NCBI GenBank assembly: GCA_035403085.1 | Contig: DAONEM010000002.1 | Coordinates: 10,876-74,875 of the forward strand | DNA length: 64,000 nt | DNA from: Candidatus Aminicenantes bacterium | Lineage (GTDB): Bacteria > Acidobacteriota > Aminicenantia > JAMOAD01 | Reading direction: 5' to 3' | Shown here: one piece after another, positions 1 to 7,705 of the stretch | How the letters are laid out: the number at the start of each line of letters is the position of its first letter | Position numbering within the stretch: the first letter of the stretch is position 1 | Position numbers and translations under genes: made by a program | The notes under the pieces: model-generated | Databases searched by the model: none | The model's input: only the letters and a program-made list of their open reading frames with translations | Told to the model about the DNA's origin: nothing

Positions 1-623
1 TCTCCTTCGGTTTCGCCGTCCTGGACTACTTCTCCCCCGGGAAAGACAAGACCCTCTTCCGGCTGGAGGGTTTCGACAGGGAGTGGCGACGGGCCGACCC
101 CCTTCAGAGCTCGGTGGTCTACACGAACCTCGCTCCCGGAAAGTACAGCTTTCGAGTCATCGCCGCGAACAGGGACGGCATTTGGAACCGTTGGGGCGTG
201 ACCCTGCCGGTTCGGGTCCGCCCGACCCTTCTTCAAGCACTCTGGTTTCGACTTCTTGCCGGAGGAGGGCTCCTTCTGCTCCTACTAGGCTTCGTCGGTC
301 TCCACTTCTACAGGAGCAGGCGAAGGGAGGAGCGGCTGGAGAGGGAGGTCAACGAGAGAACCGCGGAGGTCAAGGGAGCTCTGGCGGAGCGGGAGAAGCT
401 GATCGAGGAGTTACGACGGCTCCTGAAGAACGTCAAGGAACTCAACGGCCTCCTCCCGATCTGTTGCAACTGCAAGAAGATCAGGGACGATAAAGGGTAC
501 TGGCACCAAGTGGAGAACTATATCGAGAAGCACTCCCGAGCGGAATTCACCCACGGCCTTTGTCCTGAGTGTCGGGAAACGCTCTACCCTAAGCGTAAGA
601 AAAAAGAGGAGCCGGAGTCTTAA
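1..623 (+). CDS. 3' part of a membrane sensor: Y_Y_Y domain, TM helix, coiled coil and Cys-rich zinc-ribbon-like tail (5' end outside window)
   Basis: Frame 3 is open from the window edge. FAVLDYFSPGKDKTLFRLEGFDREW...LAPGKYSFRVIAANRDGIWN matches the Y_Y_Y motif. Hydrophobic LLAGGGLLLLLLGFVGL follows, then a charged coiled coil and the tail CCNCKK..(30 aa)..HGLCPEC. Confidence 0.7.
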   Translation, partial: SFGFAVLDYFSPGKDKTLFRLEGFDREWRRADPLQSSVVYTNLAPGKYSFRVIAANRDGIWNRWGVTLPVRVRPTLLQALWFRLLAGGGLLLLLLGFVGLHFYRSRRREERLEREVNERTAEVKGALAEREKLIEELRRLLKNVKELNGLLPICCNCKKIRDDKGYWHQVENYIEKHSRAEFTHGLCPECRETLYPKRKKKEEPES

Positions 624-637
624 AGGAGAGAGCTCCT

Positions 638-1096
638 TTACCCCTCCAATGTCGAGGTACAGTGGGGGCAACGCCGTGCCTTCAGGGGAATCGTGGAAAG
701 GCAGAAGGGGCAGCTCTTTTCCGTGGTCACCGGAGGCGGCAGGACCGGCTCCTCCGGCTTCCTGAGACGGTTGATCACCTTGAGAATCAGGAAGAGGGCG
801 AAGGCGACGATGAGGAAAGAGATGACCCTGTTGAGGAAGAGGCCGTAGGAAAAGGTGACGGCCCCCGCTTTCTGGGCCTCCGCCAGCGTAGAGAAGGGTC
901 CCTCCACGGTGCCTTTTTTGAGGATCAGGAAAAGGTTGGAGAAGTCAGTCTTCCCTAAGAGGAGCCCCAGGGGGGGCATGAGGATATCTGTGACCAGAGA
1001 GTTGACGATGGCTCCGAAGGCGCTTCCGACGACGACACCCACGGCCATGTCCAAGGCGTTTCCCTTCACGGCGAACTCTTTAAACTCTTTCAGCAT
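638..1096 (-). CDS. mscL: Large-conductance mechanosensitive channel MscL with an extra C-terminal CxxC...CxxC zinc-ribbon
   Basis: [33 protein letters not shown] is the MscL signature. Tail [32 protein letters not shown] lies before the ATG. Confidence 0.85.
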   Translation of the reverse strand: MLKEFKEFAVKGNALDMAVGVVVGSAFGAIVNSLVTDILMPPLGLLLGKTDFSNLFLILKKGTVEGPFSTLAEAQKAGAVTFSYGLFLNRVISFLIVAFALFLILKVINRLRKPEEPVLPPPVTTEKSCPFCLSTIPLKARRCPHCTSTLEG

Positions 1097-1197
1097 TCTT
1101 CCTCCTTTCTTCTCTTCCGTTTCCGCTACTTGAGCCGGTCTCTTTCCCGACGATGCCTGTGGAAGAGTCCCCGGTCAACCCCAGGAGACAGGGTACT

Positions 1198-1226
1198 ATT
1201 TTGCCGGAAAGGAGGGGACGTGACAA
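1198..1226 (-). promoter_or_regulatory. Candidate sigma70 promoter for mscL (TTGTCA-N17-CAAAAT on the minus strand)
   Basis: The hexamers and 17-nt spacer were read from the reverse complement. The leader to the ATG would be about 95 nt. Confidence 0.25.
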
Positions 1227-1254
1227 GGGAAACGAAGAAGCGGAGACTCCTCAA

Positions 1255-1283
1255 GAGGAGGGGAGGTCTTGTCTCCCCTCCTC
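1255..1283 (-). terminator. GC-rich hairpin immediately 3' of the DUF4097 gene
   Basis: GAGGAGGGGAG-N6-CTCCCCTCCTC perfect 11-bp inverted repeat 12 nt after the stop. There is no clear U-tract. Confidence 0.3.
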
Positions 1284-1294
1284 TTGGTGGGAGA

Positions 1295-2254
1295 TTAACG
1301 TTCCAGGATCTCCACACGTCCCGTCGCGGTGGAGAGGGAAATCTTCACGGAAGAGCCTCCCCGTCGAACGCTCTTCTTCTCATACTCCTCTCCCCACTCC
1401 GTGAAGGTCTCCTGTTTCTCGAAGGAGAAGGGGGCGGCAATGCGGCCTTCGCGTTTCCGCGCGGTCATCTCGAAGATCCCGTTCATCGGGTTGCCCTTGA
1501 AGTTGAGGGAGGCGTCTCCACTGGCCGAAGCCACGGAGAGATCTGCGGAAGGGCTCTTGTTCAGAGAGACCTTCATGTCCCCCGAAGCGGTTCTGAAGGA
1601 GGAGGGTCCCGTTACGGTGACGTCGACGTCTCCGTCGCCGCTGGCCAGGGAGAAATGGAGGCTCCCCTGCGCGTCCTCGGCGGAGAGGTCGCCTGAGGCG
1701 AGGGAGGCGCGGGTCTCCCCTTTGGTCTTGTTTAGGGTGATGTCCCCGGAGGCCGTGTTCAGGGAGAGGGAACCCTGAACGTTCTTGAGGGTCAAGTCGC
1801 CGGAGGCGGAACGGAGGGAGAAAGAGCCTTCACAACGGCTGATGAGGATATCTCCAGAGGCGGTCTTCCCCTTGAACTCCCCCTTCAGATCCTCGCCGGT
1901 GATGTCTCCGGAGAGGGAGGAGGCGTTCACCGTAGCCCCTTCGGGAAGGGTGATCGTCCAGAGAATGTTTCCAGAGGAGTGGTCCCTGACCCAGCGTTCC
2001 TGAAGGGTCAGAGCCGTTCCCTCTTCGGAGACGACCGTCTCGACCGCTCCCGCGGGGGAGAGCTCGGCGACGACCAGAACGGTGATGGAATCGGTGGTTC
2101 CTCTTTTGAAAAGACAATCCCCGCTGATCGTCTTAATGTTCACCGTTCTCTTGTTGGGGAAGCTCTTCTCCAGGAGAACCTCTCTGCCCTGCGCCGCAAC
2201 GGTGAGGGTGAGAAGGGAGAGGCACAGGCCGAACAAAAATGTTTTTCGTTTCAT
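1295..2254 (-). CDS. Secreted DUF4097/DUF4098-type putative adhesin-like beta-helix protein with about 8 (A/T/S)SGD repeats
   Basis: Signal peptide MKRKTFLFGLCLSLLTLTVAAQG. Repeats TASGDILISRC / SASGDLTLKNV / TASGDITLNKT / LASGDLSAEDA recur about every 21 aa. Confidence 0.7.
   Translation of the reverse strand: MKRKTFLFGLCLSLLTLTVAAQGREVLLEKSFPNKRTVNIKTISGDCLFKRGTTDSITVLVVAELSPAGAVETVVSEEGTALTLQERWVRDHSSGNILWTITLPEGATVNASSLSGDITGEDLKGEFKGKTASGDILISRCEGSFSLRSASGDLTLKNVQGSLSLNTASGDITLNKTKGETRASLASGDLSAEDAQGSLHFSLASGDGDVDVTVTGPSSFRTASGDMKVSLNKSPSADLSVASASGDASLNFKGNPMNGIFEMTARKREGRIAAPFSFEKQETFTEWGEEYEKKSVRRGGSSVKISLSTATGRVEILER
1480..2000 (-). repeat. Intragenic tandem repeats of about 63 nt encoding the xSGDxxL beta-helix rungs
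   Basis: The motif TC(C/G)CC(G/A)GAGGC recurs on the plus strand about every 60-66 nt inside the DUF4097 CDS. Confidence 0.4.
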
Positions 2255-2270
2255 CTTTCCTCCTTGAAAT

Positions 2271-2378
2271 TCAGGGGGCCCGTTGCCCCCTTCTCCCAGA
2301 GTTTAGGGAAAAAGAGGGGGGCTGTCGCCCGGAATCGGGAAATCCGAACCTTTCGGAGTGTTCGGATTCACGATTCCG
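2271..2378 (-). terminator. Two stem-loops at the 3' end of the sensor/AraC gene: a long nested inverted repeat and a G5C hairpin
   Basis: CGGAATCGGGAAATCCGAAC-N10-GTTCGGATTCACGATTCCG (about 19-bp arms) overlaps the stop codon. AGGGGGC-ccgtt-GCCCCCT lies further 3'. A C-rich/T5 stretch sits between them on the minus strand. Confidence 0.35.
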
Positions 2379-4902
2379 GACCCTTCGATGGCTCCTTTCC
2401 GGGGAGAGAGCGACGCCAGAGAGAGGGTGTGGTCCCGTACCTCTTCTTAAAACCGGTGTTGAAGACCGACTTGGAGTTAAAACCGCACTCCAGAAGGATC
2501 TCCAGGACCGTCTCATCCCGGTTCTTCTGCAACCGTTCGCAGGCCTCCTGGAAACGGTACCCGTTGAGGTAGTCGTTGAACCCCTTGCCGAGGTGGTCGT
2601 TGAGAAAGCGGGAGAGAAGGTGGGGGGAGAGGGAGAGCCTCTCCGCCAACCTGGGCAGGGAGAGCAGGGGATCACGGTAGAGGCGGTCCCTCTCCATGGC
2701 CTTGCTCAGAAGAGAGGCGATGCGGGTGCTCTCTTCCGAGGGGAGGAGCGGCCTCGAAGGGCTCTTCCGCCTTCGTCGAAGGAATGCCCACGTCAACGTT
2801 CCCCCTCCGATCAACAGGAGGGAGAGGAGGAGGGGGAGGAAGGAGAGGTCTCGGGCCACACGGAACTTTCCCTCCCAAGGGGAAAGGAGTTCCGGAGCCG
2901 TCACCGTGAGGGTGTAGCGCCCCGGGGGAAGGGGGGGCAGGGAGAGGGTTCCCGCCTTCGCGGTCAAGGTCTTCTCCAGGGGCCCCTTGAGGGAGATCTT
3001 CAGAAGGTGCTCCCCTCTTTGCTCCTCACCAGGAAGGAAGAGGCGGAGGACGGGACGGCGGCACCGTTCCGAAAGCCTGCCCTCGGAGCCTAGGTCTTCA
3101 CAGAGGGGACCCTCTACCCAGAGTCCGGAAAGGGGAGGGGGCTCACCGTCGAAGGAGTTGAGAAGGACTCCCCTCCGGGAGGAGGCGTAGATCCTCCCAT
3201 CTTGTAGGGTTGAGACCAGGGGGTAAGCGGGGGAGGAGGGGGGCCTTGCCTCCGGGGTGTCCAGGAGGCGGCGGAGTTCCAGAGTGCCGGTCGTTGAAAG
3301 CTCCTGCTCCGGGGTACGGGAGAGGCGGAGAATGCCCCTGGAGGTTCCCGCCCAGAGGCGTCCTCCTCTGTCTCGAACCAGCCAGAGGATGCTCTCCCCG
3401 TCCAGGGCCCCTCTGTCGAAGAAGAAACGGTTGCCGAGAAAGAGGCCGATCCCGTTGTTGCGGGAACCGAGCAGGAGGCCTCTCCCAGGGGTCGGAAGGA
3501 GGGAGAGGAGGGGCGGCGAGGGGTGGAGGAGAGGTGCCTTGGAGGGCTTTAACTCGAGCAGCCCCTTGTCCGTCGCCGCCCAGAGGGTGCCCTCCCTTCC
3601 CAGGAGGAGCTCCCGGACCCCAGAGGCGGGGACCCTTTGCAGAACCTCTCCCTCCTGGAGGAGCAAGAGAGAACGGTCTGTTCCGGCCCAGAGGCGCTCT
3701 CCTTCACCCTTGACAAGACAGAGCAGGGGGCCCTCCTTCAGGGCGAAACGTCTTTCGACCCCTCCCCGAGGGGAGAGGAGGTAGAGGGTTCCTTCCCTGG
3801 AGCCGACCCAAAGCCGGCCCTCAGCGGAAGAGGCCAAGGAGAGGGGCGTCTCTTTGAGGGAAGCCGTAAGCCTCCGTCCTCCCTGAAGGCCCAGGAGGCT
3901 GTCGTTGGAAAGAATGGCCCAGAGAGCGCCTCCGGGGAGAAGGGTCAGAGCCTTCGTCTCCTCCTCGGGAAAGGCCTTAACCGGGGACCAGGCTTTGGGG
4001 CTTAAACGGAGAAGGCCTCCGGCGACGGATCCGGCCCAGAGAGTCTTGGTCTGAGAGACCCAGAGGAGGGAGTTGATCCAATCGTCGGGGATCCCCTGGG
4101 CGACCCCCAGGGGGGTCCACTCCCTTCCCTCCCTCTTGAGAAGGCCCTCTCCCTCCGAGGCTCCCCAGAGAAGACCCTCCTGGTCCTCCACTAAGGCCCG
4201 GAGAGGGGGACCATAAGGGGGGAGGAGGCGGCCTCCCTCTTCCAGAACGAGCCCCCCCTCCCCTCCGATCGCCAAGGAGCCGTCCCTTCTGATCAGAAGG
4301 GAGCGTACGAGACCCGGAAAGAGAGAGGTTACCACCCGCCGGGAGCCTTTGAGGAGGGAGACAACCTCTCCGTTCCCTCCCGCGAGAATCACTCCCTTAG
4401 GATCTTCCAGGAGGGAGGTCACCGGCGGGCGGGGGCCGTCGGAGCGGAGAGCGAACAGGGATTTACCGGCGGCCTTCACATAGAGGCCTCTCTCCGTTCC
4501 CGCCCAGAGGTTCCCCCCGCGGTCGACGAGAAGGGAGTAGACCGAGAGCTCCTTGAGCCCTTCCGGTGGTGGGTCGAATCGACCGCTTCGGCTATGGAGT
4601 AGCCTTGGGCCTCCGCCTTCGAAGCCGACCCAGAGGTCGCCGCTGGAAAGGGGGAGGAGGGAGAGGACCCTCCTTTTCGTATCCCCCTCTTCGAGAGGGA
4701 AGAAGCGGCTTCCGTCGAACCTGAGGAGTCCTTCCGGAGTTCCGAGCCAAAGCCAACCATCAGAGGATCTGGCGATAGCGGTGACCGTCGGTGTCGGCAA
4801 CCCTTCCCAGAGGCTCCATTGCCTCAAGAGAAGGTCCTGGGCCTCAAGGGGAAGAGAGAGAAGAAGAAGGGAGAAGAGCCCTTTTCTGACCCAAGAGAGC
4901 AT
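2368..4902 (-). CDS. Membrane one-component regulator: signal/TM, periplasmic Reg_prop beta-propeller repeats, Y_Y_Y domain, TM helix, cytoplasmic AraC-type HTH; no HisKA/HATPase/REC
   Basis: Repeated xLW(A/V)GT..GL.R motifs: DGWLWLGTPEGLLRFD, GNLWAGTERGLYV, RLWVGSREGTLYLL, RLWAGTSRGILRL. Y_Y_Y-like PPGRYTLTVTA. TM LPLLLSLLLIGGGTLTWAF. C-terminal AraC HTH ...GFNSKSVFNTGFKKRYGTTP. The ORF track starts at 5013; the internal ATG at 4902 has a GGAGG RBS and begins the signal-like MLSWVRKGLFSLLLLSL. Confidence 0.8.
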   Translation of the reverse strand: MLSWVRKGLFSLLLLSLPLEAQDLLLRQWSLWEGLPTPTVTAIARSSDGWLWLGTPEGLLRFDGSRFFPLEEGDTKRRVLSLLPLSSGDLWVGFEGGGPRLLHSRSGRFDPPPEGLKELSVYSLLVDRGGNLWAGTERGLYVKAAGKSLFALRSDGPRPPVTSLLEDPKGVILAGGNGEVVSLLKGSRRVVTSLFPGLVRSLLIRRDGSLAIGGEGGLVLEEGGRLLPPYGPPLRALVEDQEGLLWGASEGEGLLKREGREWTPLGVAQGIPDDWINSLLWVSQTKTLWAGSVAGGLLRLSPKAWSPVKAFPEEETKALTLLPGGALWAILSNDSLLGLQGGRRLTASLKETPLSLASSAEGRLWVGSREGTLYLLSPRGGVERRFALKEGPLLCLVKGEGERLWAGTDRSLLLLQEGEVLQRVPASGVRELLLGREGTLWAATDKGLLELKPSKAPLLHPSPPLLSLLPTPGRGLLLGSRNNGIGLFLGNRFFFDRGALDGESILWLVRDRGGRLWAGTSRGILRLSRTPEQELSTTGTLELRRLLDTPEARPPSSPAYPLVSTLQDGRIYASSRRGVLLNSFDGEPPPLSGLWVEGPLCEDLGSEGRLSERCRRPVLRLFLPGEEQRGEHLLKISLKGPLEKTLTAKAGTLSLPPLPPGRYTLTVTAPELLSPWEGKFRVARDLSFLPLLLSLLLIGGGTLTWAFLRRRRKSPSRPLLPSEESTRIASLLSKAMERDRLYRDPLLSLPRLAERLSLSPHLLSRFLNDHLGKGFNDYLNGYRFQEACERLQKNRDETVLEILLECGFNSKSVFNTGFKKRYGTTPSLWRRSLPGKEPSKGPES

Positions 4903-5006
4903 GCTTTGCCTCCATGGAAGAGAAGACGAAAGGGGGCAGAGGTTTGTTCCCCGGAACCTTTCTTTCCCTTCAGGGGAGTACCTTCGGGCTTTCCGGAGTT
5001 GTCTTC

Positions 5007-5035
5007 TTGTCATCCCGGAGAAAGGTGAGTAGAAT
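5007..5035 (+). promoter_or_regulatory. Near-consensus sigma70 promoter for the esterase-methyltransferase operon (TTGTCA-N17-TAGAAT)
   Basis: Hexamers at 5007-5012 and 5030-5035 with a 17-nt spacer. Predicted TSS is about 5042, leader about 40 nt, RBS GGAGG at 5073. Confidence 0.45.
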
Positions 5036-5041
5036 GAAGGG

Positions 5042-5066
5042 ATCCGGAAGATTGTTCCCTCCGGAT
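5042..5066. promoter_or_regulatory. Palindrome ATCCGGA-N11-TCCGGAT at the predicted +1 site, within an intergenic region carrying five CCGGA(A/G) motifs; candidate operator for the divergent AraC-type regulator
   Basis: Perfect 7-bp inverted repeat. CCGGA copies near 4946, 4992, 5014, 5044 and 5061. Confidence 0.3.
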
Positions 5067-5083
5067 TTTAATGGAGGCCGACT

Positions 5084-6214
5084 ATGGGCAAGAAGCTCCT
5101 TCTCCTTTTCCTCATCCTCGCTTCCTTTCTTCCCCTTTCGGGGGAGAAGAAGAGAGGCCTCTGGACAGATCCGGACTCCATCGATCCCCTTAAGATCGGA
5201 GTCTCCTCCTTCTTGAGCGTCGACCTGGGAGAGTACTTCGACAAGGCCTACAAGGCTATGGGGAAGAAGGAGTACTACCAGGCCGCTCAACTCTACCTCT
5301 TCATCCTTCACCATCGACCCGACGACGGAGAGGCTCTCTACAACCTTGCCTGCGCCTATGCGGGGCTCGGGGAGCCCAAACTGGCGGTTCCTTTCCTGGA
5401 AAGGGCCTTCGAGACGGGGCGTTTCTCTCTTGCGCAGATTCGCAGGGACAACGACCTTCAGCCCTTGGCTGGGGAGAGGAGCTTCGACGAAGCCTTGAAG
5501 CGGATGGAGGAAGAGGAGGCGGGGCGGGGTAAGTGGTTCTACTTCGCGGCGCCCCGGGTGGCGAGATGCCGCATCCACATCCCCGAAGGGTTCGATGCCC
5601 GCAAGAGTTACCCCCTCTTGGTCGGTCTACACGGGTATGGGGGCAACGCCGACGAGTTCGGCGGAATCTGGAAGTTCCTGCAGGGGAGGGAGCTCATCTA
5701 CGTCGCCTTGGAGGCCCCCTATCCCTTTCCTCCCAGCGGAAGAGTGAGGGGAAGCCACTACTCCTGGTCTTTCCCGGATCAGAATCCGGACCTGGGAAAG
5801 CTGGCGGACCCCCTGATCGCCGACACCGTAGAGGCCGTTGTCCGCCAGATCTCCCAGAGGTACTCCCTGAAGGGGGTCTACCTTTTCGGTTTCTCCCAGG
5901 GGGCCGTCTACGCGTACTACTGCCTCTCTCAGACCCCGGAACTCTACCAAGGGGTGATCGCCTTCGGGGGGCATCTGCCCCTGAAGGGGGCGACCTCCCC
6001 CTTCCGTGAGGAGGAACTGGCAAGGGCCAAGGGGGTCAAGGTCTTCATCGCCCACGGAAGGCAGGATCCGGTGGCGGACTTCCAAGAGGCCGTCCTGGCC
6101 AGAGACGACCTCAAGAGGCTCGGCTTCGATGTCACCTTTTCCGAGTTTCCAGGGGGCCACTCCATCCCCCCCTCGGTTCTCTCGAAGGCCCTCCTTTGGA
6201 TGGAGGGGCTCTGA
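5084..6214 (+). CDS. Secreted alpha/beta-hydrolase (esterase, phospholipase/carboxylesterase-type) with N-terminal TPR-like region
   Basis: Signal peptide MGKKLLLLFLILASFLPLSG. HGYGGN oxyanion region, GFSQGA nucleophile elbow, later Asp (GRQDPV) and His (PGGHS). Confidence 0.75.
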   Translation: MGKKLLLLFLILASFLPLSGEKKRGLWTDPDSIDPLKIGVSSFLSVDLGEYFDKAYKAMGKKEYYQAAQLYLFILHHRPDDGEALYNLACAYAGLGEPKLAVPFLERAFETGRFSLAQIRRDNDLQPLAGERSFDEALKRMEEEEAGRGKWFYFAAPRVARCRIHIPEGFDARKSYPLLVGLHGYGGNADEFGGIWKFLQGRELIYVALEAPYPFPPSGRVRGSHYSWSFPDQNPDLGKLADPLIADTVEAVVRQISQRYSLKGVYLFGFSQGAVYAYYCLSQTPELYQGVIAFGGHLPLKGATSPFREEELARAKGVKVFIAHGRQDPVADFQEAVLARDDLKRLGFDVTFSEFPGGHSIPPSVLSKALLWMEGL

Positions 6215-6834
6215 TGGCCGCCGACATCGGAAGAATCGTCTCCGAGCTCATCTCTTTTCGCAGCCTCCTGGGTAAGAGGGTTCTCTCGGTGGGTGCAGGG
6301 GGAGGGCAGTTTGTCGGCCTCTACAGGGAAGCGCGGGAGGTCGTCGCTCTGGACAACGACCCTTCCGCTCTGGATGCCTTGCGGGAGAGGGTGAGGTTGG
6401 AGGGGCTTGAGAACAGGGTGACTCCGCTCCTGGGGGATCTTCTCCTCCTTCCGGAGGGGGAAAAATACGACCTTCTCCTCTTCGAGTTCAGCCTCCACGA
6501 GATGGGAGACCCCGAAGTGGCGCTGAAAAAGGCCTGTACTCTCGCCTCAGAAGTCCTTGTGGCCGACCACGACCCCTCTTCCCCTTGGGCCTCTCTGGTC
6601 GGAGAGGGGGAGAAGGTCGCCCGTGCCTGGCGGGGCGTGAGGAACCGTGGCGCTCTCCTGGAGGTCGCCCATGGTGGGGAGCAGATCTTTTCCTCGAAGG
6701 AGGAGCTCCTGAGAAGGGTCGCCCCTCTGGGGCCGGAGGTTCAAGGTAACGCCAGGGCCTGGGCGGAGAGGGAGGGGCTCAGAATCCCTATGGTCTACAG
6801 GTTCGCCCTTCTCAAAGGGCTTTCAGGTTCCTGA
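6214..6834 (+). CDS. Class I SAM-dependent methyltransferase
   Basis: Motif I VLSVGAGGGQFVG and an acidic residue after beta2 (VVALDND). The ATG at 6214 overlaps the esterase stop (ATGA), indicating coupling. The ORF track starts 18 nt earlier. Confidence 0.65.
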   Translation: MAADIGRIVSELISFRSLLGKRVLSVGAGGGQFVGLYREAREVVALDNDPSALDALRERVRLEGLENRVTPLLGDLLLLPEGEKYDLLLFEFSLHEMGDPEVALKKACTLASEVLVADHDPSSPWASLVGEGEKVARAWRGVRNRGALLEVAHGGEQIFSSKEELLRRVAPLGPEVQGNARAWAEREGLRIPMVYRFALLKGLSGS

Positions 6835-7705
6835 CCCTGATCATCTGGGCGGCGATGCTGACGGCGATCTCTTCGGGGGTCTGGCTTCCGATGGGAACTC
6901 CCGCGGGGGAGACGATCCTCGCCAACTCCTCCCGGGAGAAACCCTCCTTCGCCAGGCGCTCCTTAATGGTCCCGCCCTTCTCGGGGCTGGCGACCAGGGC
7001 CAGGTAGGCGAAGGGCCTTCTCAGAAGGCTCCTCAAGGCGACCTCGTCCCAGAGGTGTTGGGAGGTCATGACGACGACGTAGCTCTCCTCCCCTTGGGGG
7101 ACCCTCTCCCCTACCGTGGTGAAGGGGTTCTCCTCGTGCCGTTCATCGAAGAGGGCGACCGAGAAACCGAGGCCGGGGAGGATCTTCGCCAACGCCACGG
7201 CCAGGTGACCTCCGCCGATGAGGGAGGCCCGCCATCGGCTTCCCAAGGGGGAGAGAAAGCTCCACCCCTTGGGAAGCCTTTCAAAGAGGGGTTCCCGGCG
7301 GAGGGTAGCCGACCAGGAGAGGGTGGTAGGGGTGATGGCGAGAGTGCCGGAACCCCCTTGCCTTAAGGCGCCGACGATCCGTTCAACCTCTTCGAGAAAG
7401 GCCGGGGGAACGGGGAGGAAGAGAAGGGTCATCTCCCCTCCGCAGAGGGTTCCGGACTCCTCTTCCTTGAGGAGGAAACGGAGAGGGGGGGGAGGGGGAT
7501 CCCCCTCCAGAACCCTTCTCGCCCTTTCCAAGGCCAGAAGCTCGGTCTGGCCGCCTCCGATGGTCCCGGCCGATTCTTCCGGTGTGACGGCCATGAGGAA
7601 CCCCGCCCTTCCGGGAGAACTTCCCGAGCTCTCTGCCACTACCACTAACAAAGCCCTTCCCCCTTTCAGAAGGGTTCTTTGGAGAAGAGCCCAGGGTTCA
7701 ACCAT
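6812..7705 (-). CDS. XdhC/CoxI family xanthine dehydrogenase accessory (Mo-cofactor insertion) protein
   Basis: MVEPWALLQRTLLKGGRALLVVVAESSGSSPGRAGF is a typical XdhC N-terminus. C-terminal Rossmann-like IGGGHLAVALAKIL. The upstream 56 codons of the ORF are Pro/Ser-rich and overlap the next gene, so the start is taken at ATG 7705. Confidence 0.7.
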   Translation of the reverse strand: MVEPWALLQRTLLKGGRALLVVVAESSGSSPGRAGFLMAVTPEESAGTIGGGQTELLALERARRVLEGDPPPPPLRFLLKEEESGTLCGGEMTLLFLPVPPAFLEEVERIVGALRQGGSGTLAITPTTLSWSATLRREPLFERLPKGWSFLSPLGSRWRASLIGGGHLAVALAKILPGLGFSVALFDERHEENPFTTVGERVPQGEESYVVVMTSQHLWDEVALRSLLRRPFAYLALVASPEKGGTIKERLAKEGFSREELARIVSPAGVPIGSQTPEEIAVSIAAQMIRVRNLKAL

